Assembly (NCBI GenBank): GCA_964576835.1
Contig: CAZNXK010000006.1
Span: forward strand, 1-49,916
Length of the DNA: 49,916 nucleotides
Direction of reading: 5' to 3'
From: an uncultured Treponemataceae bacterium
Lineage (GTDB): Bacteria; Spirochaetota; Spirochaetia; Treponematales; UBA12059
In this document: piece by piece, positions 42,522 through 49,916 of the stretch
How positions within the stretch are numbered: position 1 is the stretch's first letter
Layout: every line of letters begins with the position of its first letter
Notes under the pieces: generated by a model
Told to the model about the DNA's origin: nothing
Database searches by the model: none
The model's input: only the letters and a program-made list of their open reading frames with translations
Made by a program: the position numbers and the translations under genes

Positions 42522-42558
42522 CCGGATTTTCCGGTATGAATTATATTGGAGGGGCTAT

Positions 42559-44250
42559 ATGTTTTGTTATCAGTGCCAGGAAACCATAGGGAACAAGGGC
42601 TGCTCATCGAAGACAGGCGCCTGCGGCAAGGATGCCGCAACGGCCGATCTGCAGGATCTGCTCATCCACACGCTCAAAGGCTTAGGAGCCTGGGCAGTCG
42701 AAGGCAGGGCGCTCGGAATCGACACTGGCAAAGTCGATGACGCGATCATGGACTGCCTCTTCGCGACCATCACAAACGCCAACTTCGATGATGCGTACTT
42801 TGAACGGTCGATCGGAGCTGTGCTCAAGCTGCGCGATTCCCTTCGCGACGCAGTCAACCGCGCGCGAGGCGCAACCGGATCCAAGGCTTGCCCCGCCTGC
42901 GGAACCGACGAAGGTATCGCCGGCGAGAAACCCGCGCTGCGCTCCGACGCCGCGCTGTGGACAGCCGCATCTCAGGACTACGCGTCCAAGGCCAGGACGG
43001 TCGGCGTGCTCACGACCGCCAACGAGGACGTCCGCTCGCTCAGGGAATTGGTCATCTACGGGCTCAAGGGAATGGCTGCTTACGCCCACCACGCGTCAGT
43101 ACTGGGAAAGCGTGATCCTGTGATCCATGCCTTCATGGCCCGGGCGCTCGCGTCGATGCTCGACGATTCCCTGTCCGCGGAACAACTCACCGCCTTGGTG
43201 CTCGAGTGCGGCTCCGTCGGCGTCACCGCTATGGCCCTTCTCGACTCGGCCAACACCGGAGCGTATGGCAAACCCGAGATCACGAAGGTGAATATCGGAG
43301 TACGGAAGAACCCAGGCATCCTCGTTTCGGGGCACGACCTCAAGGACCTTGAAATGCTCCTCGAACAAACCAAGGGCACGGGCGTCGACGTCTACACCCA
43401 CAGCGAGATGCTCCCCGCCCACTATTATCCCGCGTTCAAGAAATACGACAACTTCGTCGGCAACTACGGCAACGCATGGTGGAAGCAGCGCGACGAGTTC
43501 GAGAAGTTCAACGGGGCCATCCTGATGACCACGAACTGCATCGTACCGCCGGCCGAGTCGTACAAGGGCAGGATGTTCACCACCGGCGTCGCGGGCTTCC
43601 CCGGCTGCCCACGCGTCGAAGCCGACGTTGATGGGCGCAAAGATTTTTCCGCGCTCATCACGGCCGCAAAAAACAGGCCGGCGCCCACGGAAATCGAAAC
43701 CGGCATGATCACCGGCGGCTTCGCCCACGACCAGGTCGCCGCGCTCGCCGGGGACATCGTCGCCGCGATCAAATCGGGCGCCATCCGCAAGTTCGTCGTG
43801 ATGGCCGGCTGCGACGGACGCGCCAAGGGACGGAGCTACTACACCGATTTCGCCAAGGCGCTACCCCGCGACGCGGTCATCCTGACAGCCGGCTGTGCCA
43901 AGTACCGATACAACAAGCTGGACCTCGGCGACATCGGCGGCATACCGCGTGTCCTCGACGCCGGTCAATGCAACGACTCGTATTCGCTCGTCGTCACGGC
44001 CCTCCTTCTCAAGGATGCCTTCGGCCTCGCCGACGTGAACGAACTGCCAGTAGCCTTCAACATCGCGTGGTACGAACAGAAGGCTATCATCGTACTCCTT
44101 GCGCTTCTGTCGCTCGGCATCAAGAACATACACGTCGGGCCGACCCTGCCAGCATTCCTGTCGCCGAACATCGCCAAGGTGCTCGGCGACGCCTTCGGCC
44201 TGGCGACCATCGGCTCCGTCGAAGATGATATCAAAGCACTGGCGGGATAA
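42559..44250 (+). CDS. hcp: Hybrid cluster protein (hydroxylamine reductase/prismane)
   Basis: MFCYQCQET...GC....[36 protein letters not shown]. Confidence 0.97.
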   Translation: MFCYQCQETIGNKGCSSKTGACGKDAATADLQDLLIHTLKGLGAWAVEGRALGIDTGKVDDAIMDCLFATITNANFDDAYFERSIGAVLKLRDSLRDAVNRARGATGSKACPACGTDEGIAGEKPALRSDAALWTAASQDYASKARTVGVLTTANEDVRSLRELVIYGLKGMAAYAHHASVLGKRDPVIHAFMARALASMLDDSLSAEQLTALVLECGSVGVTAMALLDSANTGAYGKPEITKVNIGVRKNPGILVSGHDLKDLEMLLEQTKGTGVDVYTHSEMLPAHYYPAFKKYDNFVGNYGNAWWKQRDEFEKFNGAILMTTNCIVPPAESYKGRMFTTGVAGFPGCPRVEADVDGRKDFSALITAAKNRPAPTEIETGMITGGFAHDQVAALAGDIVAAIKSGAIRKFVVMAGCDGRAKGRSYYTDFAKALPRDAVILTAGCAKYRYNKLDLGDIGGIPRVLDAGQCNDSYSLVVTALLLKDAFGLADVNELPVAFNIAWYEQKAIIVLLALLSLGIKNIHVGPTLPAFLSPNIAKVLGDAFGLATIGSVEDDIKALAG

Positions 44251-44375
44251 AGTCTTGGAAAACCAACTCCTGCTCAAATTGAAAACCTTGCGGTTGTCAT
44301 TCAAGTAATGGAATCATGGCGGAACTGCACTAAGGTACAATAGAAAACGACGGCCGCCCCGGTAGACTGTCGATC

Positions 44376-46529
44376 ATGGAGAACCATATGACCATGATGA
44401 AACGTCTATCGGCGGCCGCAATAGCGGCGATCGCGCTGGGCGGCTGCTCCAGCATATCCAAGGGCCTCGAGTCGTCCTGGAGCGTCTCTGCAGGGGAGCC
44501 GGGAACACTGGCGGACGCGCCGCCTGTCATACGCGCCATGCGCTTCGACGACTGGGATCGCGCCGTGTCGCTTATCGCACGCGGCATCGGCTCGGGAGAG
44601 CACATACCGCTGGACGTCGACGCGAGCCCGGTGGAGATAGCCGCGGGCAAGGGCAAGCTGGACCTGGTCAAGGCGCTGGTCGGCGCTGGGTGGATAGGCC
44701 AGGCCGAAGGCGAGATAGCGATGATGCGGGCCGCCCAGGCGGGTGAATCGGCCGTCGTCGACTTCCTCATCGGCTCGGGATACCGCGTCGGTTCATCGCT
44801 CGAGGCATACCGTTACGGCATGGCGACCAAGAGCGCCACAGTTTATGAGCTGTTCCTCAAGGTTCCCCACCCAAAATTCTCGATCAACGGCTATGTCAAC
44901 TCCGTGTTCACCGAGGGCAATCCTACACCGGGTACGCTCTTGTCCAATATCGCAATAATCGGCGAGACGCGCCTCGTGCGGCCAGCGATAGAAAGTGGCG
45001 CAAAGCTGGAGACCAAAGCCTTCGAGTACCTCGGCTACCAGGGCGTAAAGCCGCTGTGGCTGGCCATAGCGGCCGGTAATTCCGATACGGCGCTCGCGCT
45101 CCTGGACGCCGGGGCGGTCGTCGACGCGGCCGACAAGATGCACAAGTACACGCCGCTTATGGTCGCGTGCATCACCGGCGACTTCACGGTGGCGAAACGG
45201 CTCATCGCCGACGGGGCCAATGTCAACGCCGTCTCGGCGACAAAATACCTGGACGACGCCGCATTCAGTTCGTTCAAGCAGGAATTGACGCTGACCATCG
45301 GCGACCTCAAGCAGCGTACTCCGCTGATACTGGCCGCGGAGAACCGCCACGCCGATATCGTCCAGCTGCTTCTCGAGTCCGGAGCCGCTCCGGCGTTCTC
45401 CAACGACGAAGGATGGTCCGCGCTGGACGCCGCGCGGCTCAACCTTGACGCGGAGATAGCGGGCATGCTGCTCGCCGCCGGCGTCAAGGAGAATCCGATG
45501 GTCACCGCCATATGCGCGGGTAACGCCCCGGATGTGCGGTCGCGTCTATCGAACCTCGAGGAGTACGCGGGAACCAAGCGGTATCCGGTATACCCTTTCC
45601 AGCTGGCCGTACGTTGGCACTCGGTAACGAAGTCCATGGCTGTCATCGACGCCATGTTGGAGGTCAAAGACCGCCTGAGCCCGAACGACGTACTGAACGC
45701 GCTCAGGATAGCGCGCCGCGACGACGAGGCACTGTTCCTGTACCTGTACTCCAGGGGCCTGACGCTGCAGACGCAAGGTTACGACTCCGGCTACGAGATA
45801 CTGCGGACGCTGGCCGGGCGAAGCGACGCCGCCGGCTTCAAGGCCGCGTGGGAAAAGGCGAGCGTCGACCTGGACGCCGACGACAAGAACAGGCTGCTCT
45901 CGGCCGCGGTGATAGCGAAGAGCGTCGAGTTGTCGCGCTTCATGCTGGAGCAGGGCGCAGACGCCAACGCGTACTGGTTCCAGCACCGGCTGTCCATGCT
46001 GGGGAAGGCGGCGGCCACCGGCTCGCTTGAATTGACGAAGCTGATCGCGGACGCGGGAGCCGAGATCAATCCCAAGCTGTCCAAGATAGGCTGGGTGGTC
46101 AACCCGTTCATAAGCCCGCTGATGGCGGCAGCCGAGACCGGCAGTGCGCCCATAGCGCGATACCTGGTCGAGAAAGGAGCCATGGTGAACGAGGTCGGCT
46201 TCGAGGGCAGGTCTGCGCTCGCCTACGCGGTCATGTCGGGCGACACCCCGTGCGCCGCGACCTTGCTGGACGCAGGCGCGGATGTCAACCTGCGCATGTA
46301 CCCGCTCCTGGAGCATTCCATAACGACGAAGCTCAATACAGGCGAGACGTCATTGATGCTGGCCGCCCGCGCCGATTCAGCCGCTATGCTGAGATTGCTG
46401 CTGGAGCGAAAGGCCGACCCGTGCTACACCGACTGGATAGGCGACGACGCGCTCCTCATGGCCTACCGGGCCGGCAACAAGGAGGCGGAACGGATACTGA
46501 CGGCCGCGCTGGGAAGCCGCTATCCGTAA
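44376..46529 (+). CDS. Ankyrin-repeat lipoprotein (paralog 1)
   Basis: Lipobox LGGC; many TPL..A...G repeats (YTPLMVAC, RTPLILAA, SPLMAAA). The start may be at one of the following Met codons. Confidence 0.88.
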   Translation: MENHMTMMKRLSAAAIAAIALGGCSSISKGLESSWSVSAGEPGTLADAPPVIRAMRFDDWDRAVSLIARGIGSGEHIPLDVDASPVEIAAGKGKLDLVKALVGAGWIGQAEGEIAMMRAAQAGESAVVDFLIGSGYRVGSSLEAYRYGMATKSATVYELFLKVPHPKFSINGYVNSVFTEGNPTPGTLLSNIAIIGETRLVRPAIESGAKLETKAFEYLGYQGVKPLWLAIAAGNSDTALALLDAGAVVDAADKMHKYTPLMVACITGDFTVAKRLIADGANVNAVSATKYLDDAAFSSFKQELTLTIGDLKQRTPLILAAENRHADIVQLLLESGAAPAFSNDEGWSALDAARLNLDAEIAGMLLAAGVKENPMVTAICAGNAPDVRSRLSNLEEYAGTKRYPVYPFQLAVRWHSVTKSMAVIDAMLEVKDRLSPNDVLNALRIARRDDEALFLYLYSRGLTLQTQGYDSGYEILRTLAGRSDAAGFKAAWEKASVDLDADDKNRLLSAAVIAKSVELSRFMLEQGADANAYWFQHRLSMLGKAAATGSLELTKLIADAGAEINPKLSKIGWVVNPFISPLMAAAETGSAPIARYLVEKGAMVNEVGFEGRSALAYAVMSGDTPCAATLLDAGADVNLRMYPLLEHSITTKLNTGETSLMLAARADSAAMLRLLLERKADPCYTDWIGDDALLMAYRAGNKEAERILTAALGSRYP

Positions 46530-46637
46530 AGGTCTCAGGAACGGTTGGATTTGACAAAAGCCGGCACCGGGGAAATACTCTACGGAGTCCAGCGCCGGCC
46601 GTTTCGCCGGTTCGATACCAACCGCGAGGCGGCGCCG

Positions 46638-47408
46638 ATGCCATACCTGCCCTGGGATCAGATCAATGCGTTTCTGCTCCACGTGGGCGGCGCGACCGAC
46701 CGGGACGACCTGTTCAACCGCATGCTCAAGGGCACGGGCGACATCATCCCCTGGGACGTCGGCATAGGCGTGTTCGATCGCGACATCCATTGTGTCGCGT
46801 GCGGGGGATGGGATCGCCGCACCTTCGAGCATTACAACACGCACTACTACGCCAAGGTACCGTTCATACTCTACGACGATCGCGGCGTCGCCAGGCGAGG
46901 CAAGGACGTCGTCCAGTGGGGGCAGATGCCCGACTCGGAATTCATCAGGGACTTCGCCCGGCCGCTCGGGCTCGACTACGGCCTCAGCCCGTTCCGCCCC
47001 GCATGGCCGCTCAATGTATCGATTCAGCGCTCCAAGGACTCCCCGCCGTTTACACGGCGCGATTGCGAGATCCTGGACGTGCTCAACGGCCACTTCCACA
47101 ATTACATGAAGCTGCTCGCGCGATCGGGGGGCGACCCGGACGGCCCGCGCTGCGACGAATCGCCGTCCGATGGCGCGCCATCCGATGGCGGCGCGGCCGT
47201 CAAGGAAGCGCTGCGCCTAGGCTACCGCCTGACTGAACGGGAGATGCAGCTACTGGAGGGCCTGTGCGACGGCCTCTCCAACAAGTCGCTTGCCGCCAAC
47301 CTGTTCGTCAGCGAGCGGACGGTCAAGGCTCACCTGACGTCGATATTCGAAAAGACCGGCTGCCATAGCCGCATGGAACTCGTGGCGCTGGTGCACCGCG
47401 CGTTTTAG
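46638..47408 (+). CDS. LuxR-type HTH regulator with a non-receiver (GAF/autoinducer-like) N-terminal domain
   Basis: C-terminal LTEREMQLL..LCDGLSNKSLA..LFVSERTVKAHL..IFEK. TTGACA-N17-AATACT at 46551-46579 and GAGG RBS support start 46638. Confidence 0.88.
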   Translation: MPYLPWDQINAFLLHVGGATDRDDLFNRMLKGTGDIIPWDVGIGVFDRDIHCVACGGWDRRTFEHYNTHYYAKVPFILYDDRGVARRGKDVVQWGQMPDSEFIRDFARPLGLDYGLSPFRPAWPLNVSIQRSKDSPPFTRRDCEILDVLNGHFHNYMKLLARSGGDPDGPRCDESPSDGAPSDGGAAVKEALRLGYRLTEREMQLLEGLCDGLSNKSLAANLFVSERTVKAHLTSIFEKTGCHSRMELVALVHRAF

Positions 47409-47480
47409 CCCTTTAGTACAATGTACCCGCCTGAATTACTCCCGCAGAATCCATGTATCCTTCACCCAAGGGAGCGAACC

Positions 47481-49604
47481 ATGGATCATAGCCCGGCGTC
47501 TCGACGCCGCATCATACTCGTCATCTCCGCCGCGTTGGCCGTCATCCTCTCCTCGTGCGCCAGCATGGTCGACGCGATAGGGACAGACAGTCGCGGAACG
47601 CCCGCGACCATAGACTTATCGCCTCCGCTCATACGCGCCATACGCATAGAGGAGTACGAACAGGCGGCGGCCCTTATACGAAAGCGCGTCGGGCTTGGCG
47701 AGAAACTGCCGCTCGATAAAGGCTCGACGCCCATAGAACTGGCCGCGATGCACGGCCGGCTGGATCTCGTGCGGGCGCTCATGGACATGGGCGGCTTTGA
47801 ACCGGAGGCCGCCGAGTACGCGCTGATCCGGGCCGTCCAGAGGGGACACGGCGACATCGCTGATTACCTGAAGTCGAGCGGCGTCCGGGTAGGCTCCACG
47901 AGCGCCGTCTATATGAATATCCTGGAGAGCAAGAGCGAGGCGATATATCGCCTGCTCCTCGACGCGCCCCACCGCAATTTCGGACTGGACAAGAAGAACG
48001 CCAGGATCAAGTTTTACAAGAAAGGGCCGCTTCTACCCAACGCGGTGATACTCGGATCGCTGGCGCTCGTCGAGGCGACCCTGGCCCAGGGAGCCGACGT
48101 CGAAGGCTCGCGGAGCGAAGGCGATTACATCGATACGACACCGCTATGGCTCGCGTCCGCGTACGGCCGGTCCGACATCGCCAGGCTGCTCGTCGAGTCA
48201 GGCGCCGCCATCGACGCCAAGGACAAGAACTACAAGTACACGCCCCTGATGCTCGCCTGCATGACCGGGAACGAGGCATTGGCCCTGCTCCTCATAGCCA
48301 AGCGCGCCGACGTGAACGCCAGGTCCGCGTCGGCCTTCACCTCCGATTTCTCTACCTACGGATCGTTCTTCACGCGGACGATAGCCGATCTCAAGCAACG
48401 GACGCCGCTGATGTTCGCCGCCGAGGGCGGCCACCCGGCGCTGGTTCGGCTCCTCCTCGACTCGGGCGCAGATCCCAAGGCGAGCAACGACGACGGATGG
48501 ACGGCGCTCGACGCCGCGAGGACCAACCTGGACGCGACGATATGCCGCATGCTGCTCGAAGCGGGCACCGAGGAGAATCCGCTCATCACCGCGGTATGCG
48601 CCGGAGACGCCATCAAGGTACGGGATCTCCTGCCCCGACTGACGGATTTTACCGGCACGAAGAAGAAGCCCGTGTACCCGCTGACACTGGCGGTCAAATG
48701 GCAGCCAATTACCGGTTCCAGGGCGACGATAGACGCTCTCCTTGGCGCCAAGGACAGCCTGAGCCCGAACGACGTCAAGGCGGCCCTGCGCGTAGCCAAG
48801 TCAGACGACGAGGAACTCTTCCTGTACCTGTCGTCGAAAGGACTCAGGCTCATAGACGAAGGCTACTACTCGGCCATGGACCTGCTCAGGGTGCATAGCG
48901 CCCGCGACGACGCCAATTCATTCACGGCCGTGTGGGACGCGGAGTACTCCGCCCTCCCGAGCGACGGCGCCGAGAAGCTGCTCAAGGAAGCGGTCAAGGC
49001 GGGGAAGCTGCGCATAGTCGAATTCCTGCTCGATCATGGTGGCGATCCGGGCGCCTACATCAACGGGGAGATGTACGACCTGTTCGGCTATGCGGCGGTA
49101 GCCGGTCACGATGATCTGGCGGCGATGCTGCTGGACCGCGGCGCGCTAGCCAACCCCAAGCTCGCCAACAAGTACTTGATCCACGGACCGATGCTGTCGC
49201 CGCTGATGTCGGCGGCCCGCGGCGGCCACACGGCCCTGGCCAAGCGCCTGCTCGGTATGGGCGCTGACGTGCGCGCCATCGGCTTCGAGGGACGCACGCC
49301 GCTGTACTACGCGTCGGCGGAAGGCCACGCCGACATAGTCGGACTTATCATCGGAGCCGGAGCCGACCCGAACCTGCGCATGGAGGTGCTTATACCCGGC
49401 AGCGGCGGCTACTACCAGGCCAAGGGCGAGACCGCCCTGATGGCCGCCGCCCGCTACGGCAGGACGGAAGCCCTGCGCGCCCTCCTCGACGCCGGCGCAG
49501 ACCCGCGCCTGACCGACTGGATAGGCGACGATGCCCTCGTCATGGCCCTGGACAACGGCCATCGCGGATGCGCCGCCTTGCTCAAGGAAGCGTTGCGGAA
49601 ATAG
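47481..49604 (+). CDS. Ankyrin-repeat lipoprotein (paralog 2)
   Basis: Lipobox LSSC; ankyrin repeats; colinear with paralog 1 (KYTPLM.AC.TG, DLKQRTPL, LSPNDV, TDWIGDDAL). AAGGGAG RBS. Confidence 0.9.
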   Translation: MDHSPASRRRIILVISAALAVILSSCASMVDAIGTDSRGTPATIDLSPPLIRAIRIEEYEQAAALIRKRVGLGEKLPLDKGSTPIELAAMHGRLDLVRALMDMGGFEPEAAEYALIRAVQRGHGDIADYLKSSGVRVGSTSAVYMNILESKSEAIYRLLLDAPHRNFGLDKKNARIKFYKKGPLLPNAVILGSLALVEATLAQGADVEGSRSEGDYIDTTPLWLASAYGRSDIARLLVESGAAIDAKDKNYKYTPLMLACMTGNEALALLLIAKRADVNARSASAFTSDFSTYGSFFTRTIADLKQRTPLMFAAEGGHPALVRLLLDSGADPKASNDDGWTALDAARTNLDATICRMLLEAGTEENPLITAVCAGDAIKVRDLLPRLTDFTGTKKKPVYPLTLAVKWQPITGSRATIDALLGAKDSLSPNDVKAALRVAKSDDEELFLYLSSKGLRLIDEGYYSAMDLLRVHSARDDANSFTAVWDAEYSALPSDGAEKLLKEAVKAGKLRIVEFLLDHGGDPGAYINGEMYDLFGYAAVAGHDDLAAMLLDRGALANPKLANKYLIHGPMLSPLMSAARGGHTALAKRLLGMGADVRAIGFEGRTPLYYASAEGHADIVGLIIGAGADPNLRMEVLIPGSGGYYQAKGETALMAAARYGRTEALRALLDAGADPRLTDWIGDDALVMALDNGHRGCAALLKEALRK

Positions 49605-49640
49605 CGTCAGTATCCAGGAAAATGCCGGCCGGACCGAAGT

Positions 49641-49742
49641 TTATGCTCCCGGTTCGGCACCGGGCATCGCCACCAGCTCGGACAGTATCATCGCAGTCGC
49701 TCCCCACATGCGTTGACCAGCCAAACGGTAGTAAGGCACCAA
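49641..49742 (-). pseudogene. C-terminal 33 codons of a Nudix CoA pyrophosphatase (NudL-like), interrupted by a MITE
   Basis: Minus-strand translation LVPYYRLAGQRMWGATAMILSELVAMPGAEPGA* carries the WGATAMIL motif. The fragment ends exactly at the MITE terminus, and the frame hits a stop inside the element. Confidence 0.75.
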
Positions 49743-49916
49743 GAGCCTGTCGGACTCTGGATCTTGGCCCAGCGAAGGCGAGCCTTGAGTGAATTACTAG
49801 CGAGGATTGAGGCCATACTGCCCGAATGATCCGATTCCGCCGCGCAGCTTCCAGCTGCGCATACAACTTTGTTCCACTCGGAAACAGCCCCGTAAGGGGC
49901 TGATTGACGAGCTGAT
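49743..49916. mobile_element. Second, inverted and diverged copy of the 1924-2155 MITE, truncated by the window end, with a 69-bp nested insertion
   Basis: GAGCCTGTCGGACTCTGGATCTTGGCCCAGCGAAGGCGAGCC...GCGAGGATTGA.GCCATACTGCCCG aligns to the reverse complement of ~2050-2155; alignment resumes with GACGAGCTGAT after the insert. Confidence 0.85.

Noticed and set aside
47161-47195. 15-nt tandem duplication in the LuxR linker (SPSDGAPSDGG)
   Set aside because: In-frame slippage in a low-complexity linker; no evidence of function.
49870-49916. Hammerhead ribozyme-like elements (GAAAC stem, CTGATTGA)
   Set aside because: The core does not fit: there is no CUGANGA in the right position, and the base after the stem is A rather than the required U.
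1-49916. tRNA, rRNA, riboswitches, transposases, prophage genes
   Set aside because: None recognised by eye. A covariance-model search would be needed to exclude small structured RNAs.

Overview
GC-rich bacterial chromosomal window. Gene content and many lipoprotein signals suggest an anaerobic free-living spirochaete, but this is inferred, not proven. I can support about 45 CDSs and found no rRNA, tRNA, CRISPR or transposase. The left part (1-22.6 kb) is mixed housekeeping and transport: helicase-associated protein, NYN nuclease, an apparently inactive GH13, HD protein, M16 protease, YgiQ radical SAM, MarR plus heterodimeric ABC exporter, HAD lipoprotein, SPFH/RHH/ABC operon and NudC. The centre (22.7-39.5 kb) is a GntR-regulated catabolic island and the main discovery candidate. 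It encodes an RraA/HMG-CHA aldolase, Ldh_2 dehydrogenase, aldehyde:ferredoxin oxidoreductase, SDR, cupin, IolN-like cyclic beta-diketone hydrolase, TRAP transporter, TIM-barrel isomerases, Zn-dehydrogenase, VOC protein, SLH-MBL lipoprotein, MoaD and two tandem AroQ genes. By inference these enzymes fit an O2-independent, non-aromatic quinate/shikimate degradation route to pyruvate + oxaloacetate. The right part holds an M24 peptidase, an Rrf2-ferredoxin-hcp locus, and two paralogous ankyrin lipoproteins around a LuxR-type regulator. Two copies of a ~230-bp MITE are present. The second interrupts a CoA-pyrophosphatase gene and carries a nested hairpin insertion.
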